Below are positions 25,049 to 34,639 of a DNA stretch of 56,457 nucleotides, one piece after another. Every line of letters starts with the position of its first letter. Position 1 is the first letter of the stretch. The notes beneath the pieces are model-generated. The model was not told the origin of the DNA. It saw only the letters and a list, made by a program, of their open reading frames with translations, and searched no databases. Origin of the DNA: a virus; IMG/VR virus record IMGVR_UViG_3300042990_000014, positions 1 to 56,457 of that record; one strand, written 5' to 3'. The position numbers and the translations under genes are program-made.

Positions 25049-25909
25049 TCAAGAACCTCCATTCGGGTTGAAGAGGGCGCGCCCGGTGGCGCAGTCGAAA
25101 CCGATCGCGTACTCCCGCTCAGAGAGCAGAAGGCGCTGGTTGGTGAAGCGGTCCATGGTCTGATCCACCGGGTAGGTGAACACGTCGCTGGAGCGCCACA
25201 CCGTCGTCTGGCCGGTGACGTAGAGGTAGCTGCCGCCGGCCGGCGGTGCCGCGCCCCCGGCGCCCGTGCCGGGATAACCGCCGCCAAAGATCCAGATGGA
25301 TCCGTACGGCGTCTTCTTGAGCGGGCCGTCCTGCACCACCAGGTGGTGATCTCCAGCCCATGCGGCCATGTCCACGGAGGCGTGGATGTAGGCCGTGTTG
25401 CCGTAGCCGGCGGTGTAGTAGATGTACCGCTCCAGCGCCCCAACCACCTCGGCGAAGTCGCCCTCGTCGGCCACAGCGATGTCTACCGCCGAGTCCTGAA
25501 GGTTCTCGATGCCCAGCGGCGTACCGCCCACGGTGACGGCGCCGGTCCACAGCGCCAGTTCCACCGCGCCCTGTTCGCCGTTGGCGAGACGGCGCTCCAC
25601 CTTCTGGCGGAACTCCGTCTCGCTGTAGCCGAGCGCCCCGCACTCGATCGAGGCGTACACCACGAAGGGCAGCGCCTCAACCAGCGCGTTGTCGGACTGC
25701 CCCTCCTTGACGTCGTGCGCCACCAGGCCGTCCACGCACGCGACCGGGTACGGCGTCGCCTCCCCGCACGTGACGGGGACATAGCGAACGCCGCCCCCGC
25801 GTCCGTGCTCGGGCAGATCGATGGGGCCGGCGGCGGCGGACAGAAGTCCGTACCGCCGGCCTACCGGTTCCGGTCCCGCGATCAGCGGACCCGGGATGAT
25901 TCCTGCCAT
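25049..25909 (-). CDS. capsid-associated structural protein (286 aa), function unresolved
   Basis: ATG at 25909 preceded by GAAAGGGTGAGG. Lies directly after the major capsid gene. Confidence 0.5.
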   Translation of the reverse strand: MAGIIPGPLIAGPEPVGRRYGLLSAAAGPIDLPEHGRGGGVRYVPVTCGEATPYPVACVDGLVAHDVKEGQSDNALVEALPFVVYASIECGALGYSETEFRQKVERRLANGEQGAVELALWTGAVTVGGTPLGIENLQDSAVDIAVADEGDFAEVVGALERYIYYTAGYGNTAYIHASVDMAAWAGDHHLVVQDGPLKKTPYGSIWIFGGGYPGTGAGGAAPPAGGSYLYVTGQTTVWRSSDVFTYPVDQTMDRFTNQRLLLSEREYAIGFDCATGRALFNPNGGS

Positions 25910-25952
25910 TGCCTCACCCTTCCTCTCGTGAGTGGTGCGTGAGAGTGGGGGG

Positions 25953-27668
25953 TTACGCGCAGCAGCCGACGACGCCGGACGGGTCCACGGAGACCGTGTA
26001 CAGCCGGCTTTCCGGGCACGTCTGGATGACGTTGAAGCCGTCTTCCGCGAACACAGCCGTGTACTGGTTCGTGGTGAGAAGGGCGTTGTCGTAGATGGTG
26101 TCCAGGTTGACAACGTCCTGAACGATCTTCGTCCACGTGCCCGCCGGGTACAGCAGGAAGTCCACCGTCAGCGGCAGCGCGGTCAGCGGGGTCGCGCCAC
26201 CGGGGCCGGTCACCAGGCCGGTGTACGCATCCTGCCAGTCGTAGACGAAGCGCGGCAGCGCCTTACGGATGGCGAACCACGCCAGGATCATCGCGTCCGT
26301 CACGTCGAGCATCGCCACGCCGTAGCGGCGGGCGAGCGCGGCGCGCACCTGCACCAGCATCCAGTACGGGAACACCGCCTCGATGGTGGTGCCCTGCTCC
26401 ATCCGCCAGCGGTACTTCATGTCCTGGATGGCCAGGTCGATCCCGCTCAGGACGGCGCTGGCCGCGTCGTCACCGGAAGCATCCGCCGGGATGACGATGG
26501 CGGGACCGGACGCGGTGGCGATGCGGTCGATGACCGACGCGTTGACCTTGTGCGCCAGGGCCTTCATGGCCTGCTGCGAGAACAGCTCGATGACCTCGGG
26601 ATACCCGCGACGCTGGAGCAGCGAGCCGGTCAGGCACAGATACGCCGCGTCGAGCCGCACCTCAGTGAAGTCCGGGCACGGGATCTCGAAGCACTCCTTC
26701 AGAGCGCCGTTCTCGATGTCGTACTCCGTGAGGATGACGTCACCGACGTTGCCGATGCCATCCCACACGACGGAGAAGTCGGGCCCCCCGTTCAGGGGGA
26801 GCTGGAAGCCGCCCCGGGACGCCTGGAGCTCCGGGATGTCCAGCATGCCGTCCAGCGACGTGAGGTCACACAGGCTGTAGATGACCTCGGAGGGGGCGCA
26901 CCAGCCCACCGCCGCCGTGATCGCGCGACCGCCCTTCACGAGCAGCTCGGCGGACTTGAGCAGCGAGCCGCCAGGGAGGCGGGACTCCTTCGTCGCGGCC
27001 AGCACCTTCCCGTACGCGTTGTCACCCGCGTTGAGGCGCAGCGCCTCCGGGAACTGGCGGCGGAACATCACGCCGCCGTGGCGGACCGTGGTACCGCCGG
27101 GCTGGATGGAGAGCTGGCGGCCGGAAGGGGCGTTCTGCGCGGCCATGCGCTGCGCGGCAGTGGGCGCCGGGTAGCGCGACAGGCGCGCCTCGATGATCTG
27201 GCCGGCCTGCGCAAAGCTCTTCAGTTCGACGCCGCCCGCGAAACCGGGGACGTCCGGCGCGGACACCATGATCACGGCCGCGTCTTCGGTGGTGACCGGG
27301 GGCACGTCGATGGTGGAGCGCTTCTTCCCGCCGCGCGCGGCAACGACGGTCGGGGCCTGCGTGGCGGCGACAACCTCAGCGGCGGCCTCTTCGGCCTCTT
27401 CCTCGACGTCGGCCTCTTCGTCCTCGTCGACCTCTTCCTCGGTCTCGTCCAGCGAGGACGCGAGGGCGGCGCGGGAGGTGGCGACAGCGGCGCGGCTGTT
27501 CTTCTCGGCCAGCACCGCGCTGAAGGCGGTGGCGGCGGTTTCGATGTCAGCGGCTGGCGAGTCGTCGTTTTCGGCAACGCCGCGCGCGTAGGCGCGAACC
27601 TCGGTAACGAGCGCCTCCAGCTCGGCGGTGGACAGCGCGGTGATGTCTTCGGGCAGCTTGAATGCCAT
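25953..27668 (-). CDS. major capsid protein with N-terminal scaffold-like (acidic coiled-coil) domain
   Basis: ATG at 27668 preceded by AGGAGC. The N-terminal ~130 aa are Ala/Glu-rich (EEEVDEDEEADVEEEAEE). The C-terminal ~400 aa domain contains a GWCAPSE motif. Confidence 0.7.
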   Translation of the reverse strand: MAFKLPEDITALSTAELEALVTEVRAYARGVAENDDSPAADIETAATAFSAVLAEKNSRAAVATSRAALASSLDETEEEVDEDEEADVEEEAEEAAAEVVAATQAPTVVAARGGKKRSTIDVPPVTTEDAAVIMVSAPDVPGFAGGVELKSFAQAGQIIEARLSRYPAPTAAQRMAAQNAPSGRQLSIQPGGTTVRHGGVMFRRQFPEALRLNAGDNAYGKVLAATKESRLPGGSLLKSAELLVKGGRAITAAVGWCAPSEVIYSLCDLTSLDGMLDIPELQASRGGFQLPLNGGPDFSVVWDGIGNVGDVILTEYDIENGALKECFEIPCPDFTEVRLDAAYLCLTGSLLQRRGYPEVIELFSQQAMKALAHKVNASVIDRIATASGPAIVIPADASGDDAASAVLSGIDLAIQDMKYRWRMEQGTTIEAVFPYWMLVQVRAALARRYGVAMLDVTDAMILAWFAIRKALPRFVYDWQDAYTGLVTGPGGATPLTALPLTVDFLLYPAGTWTKIVQDVVNLDTIYDNALLTTNQYTAVFAEDGFNVIQTCPESRLYTVSVDPSGVVGCCA

Positions 27669-27750
27669 GGTGAAGCTCCTGAGCAAGCACACCGTTCAGG
27701 CGGACCGAAGCCAGACCCTGATACGTATGCCGTCAGGGTAGCACCGCAGG

Positions 27751-28590
27751 CTACGGCCAGACGATCATGCGCGTGGGCGGACCTGGCTTCGCGTCGAGGT
27801 CAACCACCTGGTGGTCCGGGTAGGAGTGCGCGGCGGCGTTCATCTGCGCCGTGGTCATGCCAAGGATCTGGTCAGCCTGCTGATCGACGGAGCCCACCAG
27901 CCTCGCGCCCTCGCGGTGGTAACCGGTAAACCCCGCGTGGTAGGCGCGCGGCAGTGCGGCGTACGCCACGCGCTGGCCGTCTCGCTCCACCACCCGGTTG
28001 ATCAGGCCGTCCTGCTCCGCATTGCCCACCGGGATGAGCGAGCGCGGGAACTTCTTACGGCAGTACGCGATGGGGTCATGGAAGTACGATGGCACCGCGT
28101 GCGCCAGCACGGGCGCCAGGCGCTCAGGCCGGAAGCTCACCGCCACCGACTGGTACTGCGACCCGAGGTACAGCGCGGCCGGATCGGGGTCCGGGTCGTG
28201 CGGGTGGTTCTGATTCCGCGCGGCGCTCACCGCCAGCACGTCCGGCGCGAGCTCGTGGGCGGCGCGGTGGAAGTCGAAGTAGTCGATGCCCACCAGCACG
28301 TCCTCCTCCACCAGGTGGACCAGCTCGGCGGTGGCCATGACAGCCTCTTGATATGAGCGCAGCACGTTGTAGCTGTTCCCCCGGTACGGGTGGCTGCGCC
28401 CGAGCACGCGGGTACGTGCGGTGCCGCGCGCGTGCAGAAATGCGGCGGCCACCTGCGCGGTGCCCGCATCGTGCCTGCGATCCAGCGCGATCCAGATATG
28501 CAGGTCCCCGCCATCAGCCAGCGCCAGCCTGCGCAGTGTCGCGGAGAGGAAGGCCGGCCGCCGCCACGCGGGCACGATCACGATCTCCAC
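27751..28590 (-). CDS. glycosyltransferase (GT-A-like)
   Basis: N-terminus IVIVPAWRRPAFL...L and acidic LVEEDVL motif. 279 aa. Confidence 0.6.
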   Translation of the reverse strand: MEIVIVPAWRRPAFLSATLRRLALADGGDLHIWIALDRRHDAGTAQVAAAFLHARGTARTRVLGRSHPYRGNSYNVLRSYQEAVMATAELVHLVEEDVLVGIDYFDFHRAAHELAPDVLAVSAARNQNHPHDPDPDPAALYLGSQYQSVAVSFRPERLAPVLAHAVPSYFHDPIAYCRKKFPRSLIPVGNAEQDGLINRVVERDGQRVAYAALPRAYHAGFTGYHREGARLVGSVDQQADQILGMTTAQMNAAAHSYPDHQVVDLDAKPGPPTRMIVWP

Positions 28591-28592
28591 GC

Positions 28593-29219
28593 TCAGACCT
28601 CGATGACCAGGACGCCGGTCTCATAACCGTCACCGTGACGTTTCTCCAGGCGGTACGGGGTACCGTGCGCGTCGAGCCACGGGACGATCTGGTGGCCCTT
28701 CACGACGCCCGTGGAGTCCAGGTCCACGTCATCCACCATGATCAGCCCGGGGCTGCGCATCATGTGATTGACGATCATGTACTCGCCCAGAGTCAGGCCG
28801 CTGTCGTTGTCGCTGTCGAGGAACGCGACGTCCACGAACCCGGCGCCACCCAGCGTCAGCCGGCCACCGCTCGTCTTCTTGGCATTTCCGAACGCGCTGG
28901 CCAGCATCCCGGCCAGCACGTCGATCGAGTAGCCCTGATGGAGCGTGACCAGATGATCCAGCCCGCGCGCCTGGAGCACCTCGCGGGCAGCGGACACGTC
29001 GAGGTCGATCGCCACCAGGCTGCCGCCATGCGCCTGCACGTCCTCGGCGAAGGTGAGCGTGGACCACCCGTCGTTGACCCGGTACTCCTCGCCTGTGTTA
29101 CGGATGGTGCCCGTCTCCATGATGTCGAGGGGCGCCGCGCGCTCGGCGCGCTCACCGGCCGCCGCGATCCGCTCGCGCAGCTTGCCCAACTCGGCGTTCA
29201 GAATCTCACTCAGGTGCAT
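28593..29219 (-). CDS. class I SAM-dependent (O-)methyltransferase-like protein
   Basis: 208 aa. Contains IMETGT...GGSLVAIDLD...VDVAFLDSD, typical of the Rossmann methyltransferase fold. Confidence 0.55.
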   Translation of the reverse strand: MHLSEILNAELGKLRERIAAAGERAERAAPLDIMETGTIRNTGEEYRVNDGWSTLTFAEDVQAHGGSLVAIDLDVSAAREVLQARGLDHLVTLHQGYSIDVLAGMLASAFGNAKKTSGGRLTLGGAGFVDVAFLDSDNDSGLTLGEYMIVNHMMRSPGLIMVDDVDLDSTGVVKGHQIVPWLDAHGTPYRLEKRHGDGYETGVLVIEV

Positions 29220-29220
29220 A

Positions 29221-30144
29221 TCAAATCCTCGCCAGTAGGGACAAAGCTGTCTCGGTGAAGCTAGCGTTGCGCGCCTCGAAGTGCGCGCGTGCCTTCTTGC
29301 TCATGTCGGCGCGCAGAATCGCGGGGACTGCCTCAGCGGCGCGTACCGCCTCGGCGAGCTGGCTTGCGGTGACGGCGCTGGCCGCCACGAGGCCGTGACG
29401 CGCCGAGCTGGCCGGCGGAACGAGTAGGCCCCAGTCAGGGTGCACGTGTTCGTTCATCGGGCTGGCGTCCATGGTGATCACCAGCGCGCCCACGCTCAGC
29501 GCCTCGGTGATGTAGTGCCCCCAGCCCTCCGCCTTGGAGGGGCACAGGTGGATGCTCGCCCGGTTCATCTCCCTGACCAGCTCCTCGTCAGAGATTCGTC
29601 CCAGTACGCGCACATAGTCCGGCACGTGCAGCGGCACCGCCGAGACGATGGTGAGCGGAGGCAGCGTCGGATTCAGGCGCCACGCCTCGATGACGCGGTC
29701 CGTGTTCTTGAAGTCAGAGTGCCCGCGCAGATGCAGCACCGCCTGTTCGCGGGTCACTCTCAGGTCATGCAGGTCCCGGGACAGGAATCCGGTCAGCGTG
29801 GAACTGCGCAGACGCAGTCCCTGGTAGGCCACATGCGACTCGATCGACTTCGCCCATAGCTGGTGGATCCGGGGAAGGTCGCGCTGCCAGCCACTCTGAA
29901 ACCACTCCAAGTTGAAGACACCCACGGTGCGCTTGGCGTACCGCGCGAGGCGCGCGGACCACAACTCCAGGAAGATGGCGACGTCGCAGCGGCTCATGGC
30001 CGTGGCGCGCCAGTCGACCCGGGTCACGTGGTGGCCGGCGCCGGTCAGCATCGCCTCCAGCAGCCGCATGTCCACCGTGAGTCCCACGCCGTTATCCCGG
30101 CTCACCAGATTGATGGCGAGCTTGCGACCGGCAGGCAAGGTCAC
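29221..30144 (-). CDS. glycosyltransferase (GT-B / GT4-like)
   Basis: 307 aa. C-terminal PSKAEGWGHYITEALSVGALVI motif (E-x7-E type). Confidence 0.65.
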   Translation of the reverse strand: MTLPAGRKLAINLVSRDNGVGLTVDMRLLEAMLTGAGHHVTRVDWRATAMSRCDVAIFLELWSARLARYAKRTVGVFNLEWFQSGWQRDLPRIHQLWAKSIESHVAYQGLRLRSSTLTGFLSRDLHDLRVTREQAVLHLRGHSDFKNTDRVIEAWRLNPTLPPLTIVSAVPLHVPDYVRVLGRISDEELVREMNRASIHLCPSKAEGWGHYITEALSVGALVITMDASPMNEHVHPDWGLLVPPASSARHGLVAASAVTASQLAEAVRAAEAVPAILRADMSKKARAHFEARNASFTETALSLLARI

Positions 30145-30147
30145 GCG

Positions 30148-30285
30148 CTATCCCTTCGCGTACGTGGCGCCCGGGTGCCGGTCAGCGAACGCCTTCGCGT
30201 CCGACTCGCTGGACTTGACGAACGTCATCCCGGTGGTCAGCTTGACTATCCACCGCTCCCGCTTCTTGCCACAGTTACAACCCAT
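30148..30285 (-). CDS. small hypothetical protein (45 aa, MGCNCGKK...)
   Basis: Hand-translated. ATG lies 2 nt after the protease stop. High GC3. Below the ORF-track cut-off. Confidence 0.5.
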   Translation of the reverse strand: MGCNCGKKRERWIVKLTTGMTFVKSSESDAKAFADRHPGATYAKG

Positions 30286-30287
30286 GC

Positions 30288-31607
30288 TCAGGCCTCCAGT
30301 GCTCGGGACAACTCGTCCCTCATCATCTCAGCGTCCCCCGCCAGCGTCGCGGTCAGCTCCTCACGCAGGCGTGCGGCGTCAGCCCTCCGGGTCTTCTCCT
30401 CCTCGATCACGGCGTACGCGGTACGGAAGATCTCCGTGTAGTCCGGCACGTGACTGGGGTCGTCGGCCTGCGGCCCCAGTGCGGCGGTGAGCGCCACCTG
30501 GCGGCCGTGACTGAAGGCGAACACCGGGAAGCCGGGCTCCGAGACGGCGCGCGGCCCCTTCTTCAGCGCCAGCACCTCGATCAGCGCCAGCCCCGACGCG
30601 GTCTCTTCCCACCCACCGGACACCTTCCGGCGGGAGAGGATCTCCATGGTGGCGTCATCCAGGTCATCGGCGATCGGACCGCAGACGAAGATGCCCCACT
30701 CATCCTCGCTGGCCAGCACGCGCGCGGCCTCGATCATGTCGTCGTGATGCTGGCGCATCGCGTGCGCACCGAGACCCACCTCCGCCGGGTGCCTGCCGCC
30801 TGCCGTGATCCGCCCGGCGTACACCGGACCCTTGTCCGTCTCCGTGCGGTGAATGTGGAAGTCGTGATAGTCGCTAGGGTCATGCGGCGCCAGAATGCAC
30901 GAGTCCTTGAACCCCTCGTGGCAAGTGCCCCAGGTCGCGATGTGCCCGTAGGCGCGCGGCGGGGTGGCTGCGAAGTCGTACGTCATCGGCGTCGGTCCAG
31001 TGATCGGGACCGGCGGGGAGAACGCGGCGAAGGGAATGAGCTTGGCGCCCATGCTCGCGATCAGCGCGGCGTCCGCCTCGACCGGAGTCTCGGCGCCCTC
31101 GGCAGTCGCGTCTTCGTACGTCAGCGTGATGGTGTGATTGGTCTCCACGAACGCTGGGATTGCCACGAGCGTGGCTGAGCGGATGCGCCCCCTCGTGATC
31201 AGGAGCTCCATCTCCGCATCGTCGTCCATGAAGTCGTCCATGCTGGCGGGGGTGTCGGTGCCCTTGAGTACGGGTACCGCCTCGAAGTCATCGAGGTCGA
31301 CCGAGAAGCCAACGATGCCCTCCTCGATCATCTTCGTGGCCTCGGCCACGTTCTCGGCGAGGCGAGGCGTCGCCTCGCGATCGGCGTCTAACAGGTGACC
31401 CTCCAGCCAGATCTCTCCGGCCATGCTCATGTCCACACTGTCGATCGCGGCGACACTGACGGCCTGATCGTGGCCACCCACATCCATGCTGACGTACCGC
31501 CCCGGCATGGGGCAGTCAGCAGCCTCCAGCGAGTCGTCAGCGAAGCGGCGCTGATCTCCGGTGGACGCGTCCACCGGACAGGCCAGCGCGCGGAAACGGA
31601 CTACCAT
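30288..31607 (-). CDS. capsid maturation protease
   Basis: 439-aa ORF between the MuF-like and capsid genes. Its N-terminal domain is typical of prohead proteases by recollection. Confidence 0.65.
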   Translation of the reverse strand: MVVRFRALACPVDASTGDQRRFADDSLEAADCPMPGRYVSMDVGGHDQAVSVAAIDSVDMSMAGEIWLEGHLLDADREATPRLAENVAEATKMIEEGIVGFSVDLDDFEAVPVLKGTDTPASMDDFMDDDAEMELLITRGRIRSATLVAIPAFVETNHTITLTYEDATAEGAETPVEADAALIASMGAKLIPFAAFSPPVPITGPTPMTYDFAATPPRAYGHIATWGTCHEGFKDSCILAPHDPSDYHDFHIHRTETDKGPVYAGRITAGGRHPAEVGLGAHAMRQHHDDMIEAARVLASEDEWGIFVCGPIADDLDDATMEILSRRKVSGGWEETASGLALIEVLALKKGPRAVSEPGFPVFAFSHGRQVALTAALGPQADDPSHVPDYTEIFRTAYAVIEEEKTRRADAARLREELTATLAGDAEMMRDELSRALEA

Positions 31608-31608
31608 G

Positions 31609-32424
31609 TCATCTCCTCTTGAGCTGTCGGTGGGACAGGTCTACAGTTTCGCCCTTTTCGAGCAAGAGCGTGGTGCACCGGCACTGTATGACCTCTTTTG
31701 CCGGGCCGTCCGGGTCACCCGGGGACATGAGCGCGAATCCGCCCACCATGAACGGGTCGTTAAGCCCCACGCGCTGGCCGTCGGCGATCACGTGGGTGGG
31801 GCGCGTGCGGGTGTCGGCCGTGGCTAGCCACATCCGCTCCAGCTCCTCGTCCGTCTCGTCATCGAACGCCAGGAAGGCATCGGTGCGGCTACCGTTGAGC
31901 GCGCCCAGCGTTTCGGTGCGCGCGATCACCACGGCCCGGTTCGGCCAGCGCTCGCTGGCGGCGGTGGACAGCACTTCCTCCACCCGATCCGCGATCTCCG
32001 GGATACCTTCGCCGAGCGTCACGCCCCCCGCGATCTGCCCGCTGACGAGGTCGAACACCTCACCAGGGACGCCGCTCAGTCGGTTTCTGACGCCAGCGAG
32101 GTACGTGAGTGCGTTCGGGCGGTCATTCCACTGGAACTCGCTGCCGAATATCTGCCTGTAGCTGCGCGCCATCACGGGAATGATCGAGGTGGCGATGATC
32201 TGCGAGATGTGCCGCTCCCAGCTCGGAACCTGGGCCCAGATCACATCCGGATCCGGGATCACTCCGCCGAGCACGCGCCGCGCGGTGGTCACCAGCCACG
32301 CGGACAGCGCCGCCCACACTGAGGCATGAATCTCCCTCTCGGCCTTGGCAGCTTTTAGCATCGCGTCCAGCCGGTACGGCAGCCACGGATCCTGACCGTC
32401 GCCATCCCACACCGGCCCCGTCAC
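31609..32424 (-). CDS. MuF-like minor capsid / head morphogenesis protein
   Basis: Motifs ARTETLGALNGSR, TRTRPTHVIADGQ, and PGDPDGPAKEVIQCRC at the C-terminus. Confidence 0.8.
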   Translation of the reverse strand: MTGPVWDGDGQDPWLPYRLDAMLKAAKAEREIHASVWAALSAWLVTTARRVLGGVIPDPDVIWAQVPSWERHISQIIATSIIPVMARSYRQIFGSEFQWNDRPNALTYLAGVRNRLSGVPGEVFDLVSGQIAGGVTLGEGIPEIADRVEEVLSTAASERWPNRAVVIARTETLGALNGSRTDAFLAFDDETDEELERMWLATADTRTRPTHVIADGQRVGLNDPFMVGGFALMSPGDPDGPAKEVIQCRCTTLLLEKGETVDLSHRQLKRR

Positions 32425-34223
32425 CGGCTCGCTCCAGCCATGAGTGCGGCCAGCCCGTAGGACAGCAGATCATCACTGTGGGCCAGCCCGCGCGTGAGCA
32501 GCTCGACGCAGTAGCCGTGCAGGAAGCGCTGAAGTGCCTCGGGCGGTAGCTCCATCGCGGCGGCGGCGGTCGGAAGCTGCGCCCACGCGCCCTCCAGTAG
32601 CCCGCTCGCCTTGTCGGGGGTGATCGGACCAACGCGGCTGTGCAGGTCATACCGCGCGGTACCAGCCCAGCGCTGCCTGCGCTCGCCGGGCGTGGTCAGC
32701 CGGCCGCCGGCAAGCTCCATCGCGCGCAGCACGTGGCTGCGCGCGAGCGCGAACCGCAGGCGCTCGGCGGCGGCCTCGCCTCCGGGGTTCGCCGGTTCGG
32801 CCGGTGGTGAGTTGTCCGGGGCTGGCGCCTCCACGGCGGGGGTGGAAGGAAGTGCAGGCCGGTCGATGGCCGGCGCGAGGCTGGTGATGCCGAGCGCCTC
32901 GCGGATGCCGGGATCAGCGAGCAACGTCGGGTCCTTCGCCACCGAGCGAAAGAGCAGCATTTTGAGCTTCTCCTCCTCGGTGGGCATCTGCCCCTTCGTG
33001 AAGGCGCCGGACTTCACGGTCTCCACATCCGTCAGCATGAAGCGGTCCGACAGCTCAAGTGCCTCGGGAAGCCTGTTCGGTCGGACGGACAGCGGCGCTA
33101 CGTCGAAGGCGTACGCGTAGCGCTCGGGGTCCTTGCCTGCGCGCTCCAGTGCCGGGCGCAGAAAGCCGCGCGTCAGGGTATCCGCGATCGTGGCCAGATA
33201 CGGCTTGATCCGCTTGATGCCCTCTTCGGAGATGGCCCACGCGTTCCAGTGGTTCGACTGGCCAAGGCCGTGGAGCAGCTCGGTGGGGATCTCGAAGGTT
33301 GCCCCCAGTCGCTCTATCGCCTTCTCTTTCAGCAGGATGATCTGATCGGACAGCTCTGACCAGAAGGTGATGGGCTTGAGCTTGTCGACGTGCTCCATCA
33401 TGTGGTCCGGGACCGTGAACATGATGGGCACCATCGCGCTGGCGCGCGACTGGTCCTGGATGTTCAGCGCGGCGGCGCGCTGGAGCAGCGCCATGAAGCC
33501 GTCGGTGCCCTCCGGATCACCCTCGCCGCGCGGGAAGTCAAAGCCCTCCGGCACCGCCATGATGCCCGCGCCGGTCAGCCGGCTCTCCAGCTCGGCAAAC
33601 TCCCGCTTCGTCAGTAGCTCGATCTCACGGAGCGCCGGGATCGCGGCGCGCGTCGGACTGTCGGATTGTTCAATCGCATTCGGGTGGGGACGCCACGCGC
33701 GCATCAACAGGTCCACGCCGTCGGTGAGCGTGAGCACCCCGCCGCCCACCTGCATGGGGCGGTTCACGTCGATCACGGCGCCGGTACGGCGAAGCTGGCC
33801 GGGTGACACCACGAACCAGTTCTCCGGGTCCGCCGTGGCGGCGCCTTCGCCCACCACCCACGATTCCCCGCACACCGCCAGGCCGATGCCCATTAACCGG
33901 AGGTTGTCGTCCCGCTGCGAGCCGGAGCCCAGCGGTTCGGCGGCAAGCTTGGCGATGCCAAGGTCTTCCGTCTCCCCGGACTCCTCGCCGCTGTCGTTGA
34001 TCTCCGTGACGTACAGGCGCGCCTGACTGACGCTGTCGCCGATCCAGCCGGCAAGGAAGCGCAATTCGCCCACGATGTCATATAACCGCCAGGCCTCGAT
34101 CTGCCAGTCTCTGTTGCCGTACCGCCAGCTACTCCAGGCGCTCGCCGAGCCCAGCGGGATGGTGGCGGTGGCGGCGGCAAGGGCGCGCTTCACCTCGGGG
34201 GTGCGTTGACGGCGAAGGGCCAT
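32421..34223 (-). CDS. portal protein
   Basis: 600-aa ORF immediately upstream of the MuF-like gene (ATGA coupled). Confidence 0.8.
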   Translation of the reverse strand: MALRRQRTPEVKRALAAATATIPLGSASAWSSWRYGNRDWQIEAWRLYDIVGELRFLAGWIGDSVSQARLYVTEINDSGEESGETEDLGIAKLAAEPLGSGSQRDDNLRLMGIGLAVCGESWVVGEGAATADPENWFVVSPGQLRRTGAVIDVNRPMQVGGGVLTLTDGVDLLMRAWRPHPNAIEQSDSPTRAAIPALREIELLTKREFAELESRLTGAGIMAVPEGFDFPRGEGDPEGTDGFMALLQRAAALNIQDQSRASAMVPIMFTVPDHMMEHVDKLKPITFWSELSDQIILLKEKAIERLGATFEIPTELLHGLGQSNHWNAWAISEEGIKRIKPYLATIADTLTRGFLRPALERAGKDPERYAYAFDVAPLSVRPNRLPEALELSDRFMLTDVETVKSGAFTKGQMPTEEEKLKMLLFRSVAKDPTLLADPGIREALGITSLAPAIDRPALPSTPAVEAPAPDNSPPAEPANPGGEAAAERLRFALARSHVLRAMELAGGRLTTPGERRQRWAGTARYDLHSRVGPITPDKASGLLEGAWAQLPTAAAAMELPPEALQRFLHGYCVELLTRGLAHSDDLLSYGLAALMAGASR

Positions 34224-34230
34224 GGCTCAC

Positions 34231-34539
34231 CTACCGGCCAATCTGGGAGGTCATCCCGACAAGCTGCGCGAAGGCCAGCACCGTGGCCGGAATCAGTAGA
34301 TAGGGACTGTGGCCGAAGAGCCACGCCAGCGGCACCACGGCAGCGCACACCCACACAGCCATGCACCACTGACACGTGACCAGCTTCGCGATGTACGACC
34401 CGAGACTACGCGGCGTCGGATCCAGCCACCCGAGCAACGCATCGCGGGGCGCGTCGAAGAGGACATCGTCCACGATCATGCCGGTGAGGCGCGCGGCAGC
34501 CAGGAAGTAGATCACGAGTGGGAGCAGCTCAACCGGCAT
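34231..34539 (-). CDS. membrane protein (DUF1360-like)
   Basis: 102 aa, 3 hydrophobic helices, CQWC motif. Confidence 0.65.
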   Translation of the reverse strand: MPVELLPLVIYFLAAARLTGMIVDDVLFDAPRDALLGWLDPTPRSLGSYIAKLVTCQWCMAVWVCAAVVPLAWLFGHSPYLLIPATVLAFAQLVGMTSQIGR

Positions 34540-34560
34540 GGTGCCAGGCTACGCGATCTA

Positions 34561-34611
34561 GCAAAAAGTCAACCCCTCGCGCCCGCCTGAAGTGGCGCGA
34601 GGGGTTGACTT
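34561..34611 (-). terminator. strong rho-independent terminator ending the FtsK-like module
   Basis: 18-bp perfect stem (34566-34583 / 34594-34611) followed on the - strand by TTTTGC. Its 3' arm contains TTGACT, a possible -35 for the next unit. Confidence 0.8.
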
Positions 34612-34639
34612 CCGACCCGTGGGGGTACGTTCGCCGATC

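Noticed and set aside
25932-27929. 665-aa + strand ORF across the capsid gene (similar long + ORFs at 12977-14425, 15629-16924, 17096-18172 and 35167-36393)
   Set aside because: All are antisense to - strand genes with recognisable structural or ATPase motifs. Their Arg/Gly/Ala/Pro-rich composition is typical of high-GC shadow ORFs.
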